In this document: positions 1 through 7,314 of the stretch, piece by piece
Position numbering within the stretch: position 1 is the first letter of the stretch
Layout: each line of letters opens with the position of its first letter
NCBI GenBank assembly: GCA_002336675.1
Contig: DDEI01000053.1
Location: 2,459 to 63,126 of the forward strand
DNA from: Flavobacteriales bacterium UBA1958
GTDB lineage: Bacteria > Bacteroidota > Bacteroidia > Flavobacteriales_D > Sanyastnellaceae
DNA: 60,668 nucleotides
Direction: 5' to 3'
Made by a program: the position numbers and the translations under genes
The notes under the pieces: model-generated
The model's database searches: none
Seen by the model: only the letters and a program-made list of their open reading frames with translations
What the model was told of the DNA's origin: nothing

Positions 1-1148
1 GTTTTTTCTATTTCTTCCTGAAACTTCAATCCACGTAGAGGGCCGAAAGAAGCATATGCATCTGTAAGATTATCATCTATTTCGACCACCATTCCTGAGT
101 TTGCATATGGATTATTCCTTTTGCTAGGACTCCAGCCATTACTAACCACAGAACCAATTTCGGTAGCGCATGGAGCTATAATTCCACCTGGACACATACA
201 GAAACTGTAAACTCCTTTACCATCCACTTGATGAACTAAACTGTATGAAGCTTGGGGCAAGTATTCGGAGGAACGTTCGCCATGATATTGTATACTATTA
301 ATGAGTTCCTGCGGATGTTCTATTCGAACGCCTAAAGAAAAAGGTTTGTACTCGATTTTTATTTCTTTTCGGTGAAGTAGTTCGAAAATATCTCGGGCTG
401 AATGTCCAGTTGCTAAAACTACTTCATTCACATCTATTTTTTTAGAGCGATTAATTTCTATGCGTTGCAACAGACCTTTATCCAAATCCAAATCAGTTAA
501 CTTATATTCGAAATTGAATTCTCCTCCATAGTTCAATATAGTTTCTCGAATAGCAGTAATAATACTAGGAAGTTTATTCGTTCCAATATGTGGATGAGAA
601 TCAACCATTATCTCGGGGTCTGCGCCATGCTGAACTAGTATACTCAGGACTTTATTAACATCTCCTCTTTTAGTAGAGCGTGTATAAAGTTTTCCATCCG
701 AGTAAGTGCCAGCACCACCTTCTCCAAAACAATAATTTGATTCAGGGTTCAATACATGCTCTTTGTTCAGCTTAGCTAAATCCCTTCTTCTAGACTTAAC
801 ATCTTTTCCTCTCTCAAAAACTATAGGTTTAAGACCGTGCTCTATACAAGCTAAGGCTGCAAACATTCCAGCAGGTCCAGCTCCTATTATGTGAACAGGC
901 TCCGCGTGAGCTACGTTTTTAAAGACAACATTCTGTAAAGGACTAACGATTTCTTCTCCTTTTTCGAAGAGAGCCACGGCTAATTGAATTTTAACCGGTC
1001 TTTTTCTTGCATCGACAGAGCGTTTTTTAATATACCAATCTTTTACATCGCTCTCATACAGGTCACTTTTAGAAAGAGCTAGGTGAAAAATGTATTCATC
1101 TTCGAATGATTTTTGAGGTGAAACGGATATTTGAATAATTTTTGGCAT
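1..1148 (-). CDS. NAD(P)/FAD-dependent oxidoreductase (COG2509-like); the C-terminus runs off the window
   Basis: Not in the supplied ORF track because it is open at the window edge. My translation of the minus strand from ATG at 1148-1146 reads MPKIIQISVSPQKSFEDE...VHIIGAGPAGMFAALACIEHGLKPIVFERGKDV...GEGGAGTYSDGKLYTRS...CMCPGGIIAPCATE with no stop down to base 1. It has a GxGxxG dinucleotide-binding motif. Confidence 0.7.
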   Translation of the reverse strand, partial: MPKIIQISVSPQKSFEDEYIFHLALSKSDLYESDVKDWYIKKRSVDARKRPVKIQLAVALFEKGEEIVSPLQNVVFKNVAHAEPVHIIGAGPAGMFAALACIEHGLKPIVFERGKDVKSRRRDLAKLNKEHVLNPESNYCFGEGGAGTYSDGKLYTRSTKRGDVNKVLSILVQHGADPEIMVDSHPHIGTNKLPSIITAIRETILNYGGEFNFEYKLTDLDLDKGLLQRIEINRSKKIDVNEVVLATGHSARDIFELLHRKEIKIEYKPFSLGVRIEHPQELINSIQYHGERSSEYLPQASYSLVHQVDGKGVYSFCMCPGGIIAPCATEIGSVVSNGWSPSKRNNPYANSGMVVEIDDNLTDAYASFGPLRGLKFQEEIEK

Positions 1149-1201
1149 ATGTAAGTTCAAAAATACAGTTTGAAAGGTTCTCTATGAGAAAACCGAATCA
1201 C

Positions 1202-1209
1202 TACTTTTG
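1202..1209 (+). promoter_or_regulatory. Bacteroidetes-type -7 promoter box (TAnnTTTG) upstream of the E1 gene
   Basis: TACTTTTG lies 18 nt before the ATG at 1227. Confidence 0.4.
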
Positions 1210-1226
1210 ACCACTTACCCATAACC

Positions 1227-3221
1227 ATGGTAAATATGCGTTTCAATAGAAGAGGATTTGAGAATGAAGAGCTTCAGGAGGTTTATAAAGCGTTACTGAA
1301 GCCAAGACTAATTGAAGAAAAGATGCTGAGTCAGTTAAGACAAGGTAAAATTTCTAAATGGTTCTCCGGAATAGGCCAGGAAGCTATTTCTGTAGGATTA
1401 ACTTTGGCATTAGATGAGGAAGAGTTTATTCTTCCAATGCACAGAAATTTAGGCGTGTTTACAACCCGTAAAATCCCGTTGCAACGCCTATTTAGTCAGT
1501 TTCAAGGAAAAGCAAACGGTTTCACCAAAGGTAGAGATAGATCTTTTCATTTTGGGTCTATAGAACATCACGTAGTGGGTATGATATCTCATTTAGGTCC
1601 TCAGATGGGCATAGCTGATGGTATAGCTTTAGCTCATAAATTAAAGAAAAGTAAAAAAGCCACTCTTGTGATTACAGGAGATGGTGGTGCTTCTGAAGGT
1701 GATTTTCACGAATCTGTCAATGTAGCAGCCGTATGGGATTTACCGGTAGTCATTTGTGTGGAAAACAATCAATGGGGTCTTTCTACGCCTTCATCAGAGC
1801 AGTTTAAATGTGAATCATTTGCAGATAAGGCTATTGGATATGGAATTCCTCCTGAAAATACATTTTCGATAGATGGAAACAACATCTTAGAGGTGTTGAA
1901 TACCGTTAAAAAAGCAGCTAAAATATGTAGAAAAGGAAACGGGCCTGTGCTGGTAGAATTTAATACTTTTAGAATTAAAGGCCATGAAGAGGCGAGTGGA
2001 ACTAAGTATTATCCTGAGGGACTAATTAAAAAATGGGAGAAGTATGACCCGGTAGACTGCTTTGAAGCTTATCTGCTTCAAAACAGGATAATAAATAAAG
2101 AGCTGAACGAATCGTATAAGCAGAGCATTAAGGAAGAAATAAACATACACTTAAAAAGGGCATTAGCTGAGCCAGCTATAAATGTGAATTTAGATGAAGA
2201 GTTAGGTGATGTATTTGCCCCTTTTAAGGAAGAGGTGTCAGAGCCAGGGGATAATAAATCAGAAATGAGGTTTATAGATGCCATTACAGATGGGTTAAAA
2301 GAGTCTATGAAAAAGTACGATAATCTGGTTCTCATGGGACAAGATATAGCGGAGTATGGCGGAGTATTCAAGGTGACAGACGGGTTCGTAGACTTGTTTG
2401 GTAAGGGAAGGGTTAGAAACACTCCATTATGCGAGTCAGCTATTGTAGGGTCTGCGCTTGGATTGTCTATAAATGGAATGAAAGGCATGATGGAAATGCA
2501 GTTTGCAGATTTTGCTACTTGTGGTTTTAACCAAATAGTAAATAATCTAGCCAAACTAAATTATAGATGGGGAGAAAATGCTGATGTCGTAATAAGGATG
2601 CCTACAGGTGGAGGAATGGCTGCAGGTCCGTTTCACAGTCAATCTAATGAAGCTTGGTTCTTTCATGTGGCTGGGTTGAAAATCGCTTATCCTGCATTTC
2701 CTGAAGACGCGAAAGGAATGTTAATTAGGTCCTTTGAAGACCCTAACCCGGTGTTGTTTTTTGAACATAAAGGATTGTACAGGAGTGTTTCAGCAGAAGT
2801 GGCTGAGGGATATTACTCTATTCCATTTGGTAAGGCCAATGTGGTTAAAAAGGGTGAAAGCATTTCTTTAATTACTTATGGTATGGGAGTGCATTGGGCT
2901 TTAGATTATGCTGAAAAAAATCCTAACCTGAATATTGAAATAGTTGATTTAAGAAGTTTAGCGCCTTTAGACACAGAAACAATTTACGCATCAGTTAGAA
3001 AAACAAATAGGGTTCTAATTCTACATGAAGACAATCTTACTGGAGGTATAGGAGGCGAGCTTCTTTCTTTAATACAAGAAAATTGTTTTGAATATCTTGA
3101 CGCTCCTATAGTGAGATGTGCTAGTTTGGATACACCTGTTCCTTTTGACGCGGCCAAAGAAAACCAATTCATGGCTAAAAGCAGACTTCAGGTCTCTATA
3201 GAAAAGGTGCTGAATTATTAG
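1227..3221 (+). CDS. Fused thiamine-diphosphate-dependent 2-oxoacid dehydrogenase E1 component (alpha and beta in one chain)
   Basis: 664 aa. The N-terminal half has the TPP-binding motif GDGGASEGDFHESVNVAAVWDLPVVICVENNQWGLST. The C-terminal half is transketolase-like (MGQDIAEYGGVFKVT..., LRSLAPLD), as in E1 beta. Confidence 0.85.
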   Translation: MVNMRFNRRGFENEELQEVYKALLKPRLIEEKMLSQLRQGKISKWFSGIGQEAISVGLTLALDEEEFILPMHRNLGVFTTRKIPLQRLFSQFQGKANGFTKGRDRSFHFGSIEHHVVGMISHLGPQMGIADGIALAHKLKKSKKATLVITGDGGASEGDFHESVNVAAVWDLPVVICVENNQWGLSTPSSEQFKCESFADKAIGYGIPPENTFSIDGNNILEVLNTVKKAAKICRKGNGPVLVEFNTFRIKGHEEASGTKYYPEGLIKKWEKYDPVDCFEAYLLQNRIINKELNESYKQSIKEEINIHLKRALAEPAINVNLDEELGDVFAPFKEEVSEPGDNKSEMRFIDAITDGLKESMKKYDNLVLMGQDIAEYGGVFKVTDGFVDLFGKGRVRNTPLCESAIVGSALGLSINGMKGMMEMQFADFATCGFNQIVNNLAKLNYRWGENADVVIRMPTGGGMAAGPFHSQSNEAWFFHVAGLKIAYPAFPEDAKGMLIRSFEDPNPVLFFEHKGLYRSVSAEVAEGYYSIPFGKANVVKKGESISLITYGMGVHWALDYAEKNPNLNIEIVDLRSLAPLDTETIYASVRKTNRVLILHEDNLTGGIGGELLSLIQENCFEYLDAPIVRCASLDTPVPFDAAKENQFMAKSRLQVSIEKVLNY

Positions 3222-3337
3222 CGCTTGCTTGGGCCTGAGTAGTGAGTTCTAAACAAGATTTTGGAATACATGCATTAATTGTGTAATTTACATATTGGTT
3301 ATTTAGATAGTATAAACTAGCCCCTACCTTAATTTCA

Positions 3338-3640
3338 ATGCTCGAAAAAATTCAACTAGTTAGAAATGCTGTTGATGACATTATGAATGATGTTATGGAG
3401 AAAGCATTTCATCATTTAGTGAATTACCCTCAAGATTCAGACTACTTGAATAAGATGATAAAGGATATTCGATCGGACAATGAGTCTTTTGTACACAAGC
3501 TGCATTCGCTCAAAAGGTCTAAAGATGAGATGTCTACTAAAGAAGAGCTAAGTATGTTGACCAAATTACTGAAGAACATAAGTCTAGTATACCTTTCGGA
3601 GCTCCAGAAACTAAAAGAAAAAGACTCGAATAAGACCTAA
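3338..3640 (+). CDS. Hypothetical small helical protein
   Basis: 100-aa ORF in an otherwise empty interval. Charged and helical composition, no recognisable motif. Confidence 0.4.
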   Translation: MLEKIQLVRNAVDDIMNDVMEKAFHHLVNYPQDSDYLNKMIKDIRSDNESFVHKLHSLKRSKDEMSTKEELSMLTKLLKNISLVYLSELQKLKEKDSNKT

Positions 3641-4162
3641 CTAGATTCTTCTGAGACCATCTTTTACTTGCCTAATTTGGGCAGTCATCATTCCTCTCTT
3701 GTCAAGTTTTTTAACTTCTGATAAGAGATTGGTAGCTTCTCTTTTCTTTCTTTTGCTAATCGCTATTACTGCTAATTGAAGCTTAGCTGTAGCCTTGTCT
3801 AAGTCAAGTCTCAGTCCGTTAGAAAGGGATTTTCTAAACATCACTTCGCCTTTAGTTAAGCTTCCTTGTCCACCACCCTGAACTAATGTTAGACCCTGTA
3901 AATAGTAGAAATACCCCCTTGATTTAGAGAATAATCTATCTGGATTTACACGGTTAATCCAAGTCAAACAACTTTCCATTTTACCTCTTCTAAGTGAAAT
4001 GAATGCTATAATTAGTCTTATGCTCCGCGTAACTAGGAACCCAGCTAATCCAGCCAGTAACAGAAGCATAATTCCAAATCCAATATTTCCTTGAGTAAAA
4101 CTATATATACTCCAAGCTAATACCACAGCTACTATTATTCCTTTGATTATTCTAGTATCCAT
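3641..4162 (-). CDS. Hypothetical membrane protein (hydrophobic N-terminal segments, soluble helical C-terminal part)
   Basis: 173 aa with hydrophobic stretches IIVAVVLAWSIYSF and IGFGIMLLLLAGLAGFLV. No family recognised. Confidence 0.5.
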   Translation of the reverse strand: MDTRIIKGIIVAVVLAWSIYSFTQGNIGFGIMLLLLAGLAGFLVTRSIRLIIAFISLRRGKMESCLTWINRVNPDRLFSKSRGYFYYLQGLTLVQGGGQGSLTKGEVMFRKSLSNGLRLDLDKATAKLQLAVIAISKRKKREATNLLSEVKKLDKRGMMTAQIRQVKDGLRRI

Positions 4163-4284
4163 ATTTTTTTTTAATTTACAAGCACAAAGCTAAATATTAA
4201 AGCCTTTCGTTAGGCTGAATTTATAAACACTAATTTTTACTAATTGGGATAAAAAAAGGAACACCATCTATACCTAAATAGTAG

Positions 4285-4292
4285 TAGTTTTG
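4285..4292 (+). promoter_or_regulatory. -7 promoter box (TAnnTTTG) upstream of ytxJ
   Basis: TAGTTTTG lies 24 nt before the ATG at 4316. Confidence 0.4.
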
Positions 4293-4315
4293 GTGTTGGA
4301 TATTAATTAAGTGGT

Positions 4316-4648
4316 ATGACCTGGAAAAAGATAGAGTCTTTAGTTGATTTAAACGAGGCAATGGAAGAAAGTAGAAATAAAAAAGTCATACTTTTTAAGC
4401 ACAGTACTAGATGTTCTGTGAGCATGATGGCTAAAAAGAGTCTAGAGATGTCATGGGATATTTCTCTTGATGAGGTTCAGCCTTACTTTTTAGATTTAAT
4501 TAAGTACAGGAACGTTTCTAATGAAATATCAGCAAAGCTTGAAGTAATTCATCAATCTCCTCAATTAATAGGTGTAAATAATGAAGAGATTTTTTATCAT
4601 GCTAGTCATAGTGCAATTTCGGTTGAGAGTTTAAAAAGCGCTTTATAG
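4316..4648 (+). CDS. ytxJ: Bacillithiol-system thioredoxin-like redox protein, YtxJ family
   Basis: 110 aa with a single-Cys motif, FKHSTRCSVS, at the position of the YtxJ TCPIS-type motif. Size and layout fit DUF2847/YtxJ. Confidence 0.65.
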   Translation: MTWKKIESLVDLNEAMEESRNKKVILFKHSTRCSVSMMAKKSLEMSWDISLDEVQPYFLDLIKYRNVSNEISAKLEVIHQSPQLIGVNNEEIFYHASHSAISVESLKSAL

Positions 4649-4659
4649 AAAAGATATAA

Positions 4660-5253
4660 ATGTCAGAAGGAAAAATACTCAAGTTCAGGATTATTCTCGA
4701 TACTGAAGAGGACGTAATAAGAGATATAGAGATTCAAGATGATTGTTCTTTTACAAATGTTCATGAATGTATTCAGCAAAGTTTTGGTTTTTCTGGATTA
4801 GAAATGGCATCATTTTATAGAAGTGATGAGTTTTGGGAAAAAGGAGAAGAGCTTCCCCTGGTAGATATGGGAGGGGCTGAGAATGAAGCCCCCGGACTAG
4901 CCATGAATGACTTGGTACTTAAAGAACACATCAAAGAGAAGCACGAGCGTTTTTTATACGTGTATGATTTTCTCAGAATGTGGTGTTTTTATGTAGAAGT
5001 TATAGAACTTTCAGAGGCCAATCCTGAATTCGACTATCCTTTAATGTCGTTTGAGCTAGGGAAGGCTCCGTCTGAAGACTCTAAAGAAGTTAATTTCTTT
5101 GATGATATAGATCTTGGTGATTTATCTAGTGACTCGAAAGCAGAAAAAACGGGTGACCCAGAGATAGACGCTTACTTGGATGAAATGGATGGTGATGATG
5201 ATTACGAGGATTTAGGTATGGAAAATCTGGATGATTATCAGGATCTGTTTTAA
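4660..5253 (+). CDS. PRiA4b ORF-3-like domain protein with a long acidic C-terminal tail
   Basis: 197 aa. ILKFRIILDT...VHECIQQSFGF...FLYVYDFLRMWCFYVEVIE resembles the PRiA4_ORF3 pattern (YxYDFGDxW...E). The last ~50 aa are D/E-rich. Confidence 0.55.
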   Translation: MSEGKILKFRIILDTEEDVIRDIEIQDDCSFTNVHECIQQSFGFSGLEMASFYRSDEFWEKGEELPLVDMGGAENEAPGLAMNDLVLKEHIKEKHERFLYVYDFLRMWCFYVEVIELSEANPEFDYPLMSFELGKAPSEDSKEVNFFDDIDLGDLSSDSKAEKTGDPEIDAYLDEMDGDDDYEDLGMENLDDYQDLF

Positions 5254-6162
5254 ATGGGATCTAATAAAACAATGATATTTATAGTAGGCCCAACTGCAAT
5301 TGGGAAAACCTCTATAGCCATAGAGTTAGCTAAATTGTTGGGTTGTGAAATTGTCTCTGCGGATTCTCGACAATTTTATAAAGATATTTCTATAGGTACA
5401 GCCAAACCGTCTCTAGAAGAGTTATCTCAAGTTAAACATCACTTCATCGACTTCCTTCCTCTCGAAGACTTATATAGTGCAGGAGATTTCGAGAGAGACG
5501 CTTCGAGTTTCTTAAAGGCTTATTTTAAGAATAATAATGTTTGTATTTGTGTAGGTGGCTCAGGTTTATATGTGAGTGCTTTGTTACACGGTTTAGATGA
5601 TTTACCGTCTTCTGAAAGTGAAAGAGCAGAGCTCAATGAACGACTCGTGAGTGACGGTATTGAGATCCTTCAAGACGAACTAAAAACTATAGATCCAGAG
5701 CATTATGCTGCCATGGATATTCATAATACGCAGCGTTTAATTAGAGCCCTTGAGGTTTGCAGAGTTTCTGGTGAAAAATATTCTAAACTCAGAACCTCTT
5801 CAAATAAAAAAAGACCTTTCCAAAGTATAATTATTGGTCTCAACAGAAACAGAGAAGAACTTTACGATAGAATAAATAGAAGAGTTGATATTATGCTAGA
5901 TGATGGTTTACTAGATGAGGTTAAGTCAGTAATGCCTATGAAACATCTGAACTCATTGCAGACAGTCGGCTATAGGGAGTTTTTTGCTTATTACAGCGGA
6001 GATTATGACATGGAAGAGGCGGTAAGGTTGGTGAAAAGAAACTCAAGAAGGTTTGCTAAAAGACAAGTTACCTGGTTCAAGCGATATAAAGAAATAGAGT
6101 GGTTTCATCCTGAGGACTTTAATGCTATAGTCGCTCATACAAAAGACTTCTTAGCGAAGTAA
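5254..6162 (+). CDS. miaA: tRNA dimethylallyltransferase
   Basis: 302 aa with P-loop GPTAIGKTS and SADSRQFYKDISIGTAKPS, typical of MiaA. Confidence 0.9.
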   Translation: MGSNKTMIFIVGPTAIGKTSIAIELAKLLGCEIVSADSRQFYKDISIGTAKPSLEELSQVKHHFIDFLPLEDLYSAGDFERDASSFLKAYFKNNNVCICVGGSGLYVSALLHGLDDLPSSESERAELNERLVSDGIEILQDELKTIDPEHYAAMDIHNTQRLIRALEVCRVSGEKYSKLRTSSNKKRPFQSIIIGLNRNREELYDRINRRVDIMLDDGLLDEVKSVMPMKHLNSLQTVGYREFFAYYSGDYDMEEAVRLVKRNSRRFAKRQVTWFKRYKEIEWFHPEDFNAIVAHTKDFLAK

Positions 6163-7260
6163 CTCACTTACTTCTTTTCCTACCAAAGTGCCTATCGCTA
6201 TGCCCATTCCTCCCAATCTTACGCCTGTTACTGTGGTCTCATTTAACCTTTTTATCAGAACTTTTTTAGAATTACCTACTCCCATAATTCCTGTCCATTC
6301 CTGAGAAACTAACTCTTTCTCAACTTGGAAATGATTTTTCAAATACTTTAAGAGATAGGTCTTAAGATGTTCATTTACTTTAAACTCCGAAGTCGATTCT
6401 GTGTTTATGAATTTATTTCTGCCTCCACCTATAAGAATTCTGTCATCTATTTTCCTAAAGTATATATATCCTTTATCATGATGATAAGTAGAGGGTAGGT
6501 CTATACCAGGAAGTTTATCCGTCAGAAGCACTAAATTCCTGGCAGGCATAACTTTGAGTTTAGGAATCATAGAGTTAGTGAGACCATTTGTACAGACAGC
6601 TATTTGGTTCGAGTGAATAAGATGATTTCCAAATAAGACATTCTTAGACCCTTCTTGAATCTTGGCTTCTGCGCCACAGTAAATCTCAATATTATTTTCT
6701 TGACATAATTTTTTCCATGCCTGAATCATTTTTCCAGGATTAAGTTTACCCTCTAATGAATTAGATATTGCATTTTCATATCCAGTTAAACAGCTGGGTA
6801 CATCGGTGGTTTTGTAAGTGGAATCTTTTCCTGTAATACTTTTTAGTGTATTATTTAACTCTTCTAAATAGTCACAGACGTCATGGAATTCGTTTTTTTG
6901 AGAAAAATCAAAAAGTTCAGTTCCACCACATGAGAAGTAATCAAGGTTGGACTCACCTAAAGTTTTTCTCAATAAAAGCAACCCTCTATATCTTTTTTCT
7001 GCCAAGGTTGAAACCTCATTCATACTCATCCCAGAAGTGAGGTCATCTACTAATTCTCCAGCACTCCCGAAACACGCGAAACCCGCATTTCTAGTGCTGG
7101 CAGCAGTGCTGATAGGAAATTTTTCTAAAACCACTATTTTCCATTCGGGGTGCAGAAGTCGTGTGTGATAAGCAGCAGATAGACCTGTAATACCACCACC
7201 TATGATTGTTAAATCTGCTCTGTCGGTAATAAACTGCCTTTCCCAATAACTAAAATTCAT
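6151..7260 (-). CDS. FAD-dependent oxidoreductase (DAO family)
   Basis: 369 aa with N-terminal IIGGGITGLSAAYH Rossmann motif. Its 3' end overlaps the miaA 3' end by 12 nt (convergent). Confidence 0.8.
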   Translation of the reverse strand: MNFSYWERQFITDRADLTIIGGGITGLSAAYHTRLLHPEWKIVVLEKFPISTAASTRNAGFACFGSAGELVDDLTSGMSMNEVSTLAEKRYRGLLLLRKTLGESNLDYFSCGGTELFDFSQKNEFHDVCDYLEELNNTLKSITGKDSTYKTTDVPSCLTGYENAISNSLEGKLNPGKMIQAWKKLCQENNIEIYCGAEAKIQEGSKNVLFGNHLIHSNQIAVCTNGLTNSMIPKLKVMPARNLVLLTDKLPGIDLPSTYHHDKGYIYFRKIDDRILIGGGRNKFINTESTSEFKVNEHLKTYLLKYLKNHFQVEKELVSQEWTGIMGVGNSKKVLIKRLNETTVTGVRLGGMGIAIGTLVGKEVSELLR

Positions 7261-7314
7261 ATTTTTACGTTATAATTTTACCAAGTTTTGGTAGAAATTT
7301 GTTATTAAACAAAT

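Noticed and set aside
2078-2554. 158-aa antisense ORF inside the E1 dehydrogenase gene. Similar antisense or overlapping ORFs occur at 2984-3172, 6846-7168, 7802-9455, 12603-12818, 15240-16299, 27222-28241, 28724-29886, 33179-33544, 34428-35057, 37806-38018, 41720-42031, 45457-45735, 46990-47506, 53807-54052, 54491-54673, 57715-58077 and 60192-60458.
   Set aside because: Each lies fully within a longer ORF on the other strand that has clear family motifs. Their compositions are low-complexity (Ser/Leu/Phe-rich), as expected from reading AT-rich coding DNA backwards, and none has an independent promoter or motif.
4660-5253. The PRiA4_ORF3-like ('IS1096 passenger') protein as evidence of a mobile element
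   Set aside because: There is no transposase, terminal inverted repeat, integrase or target duplication nearby, and the gene is wedged between ytxJ and miaA with 11-nt and 0-nt gaps.
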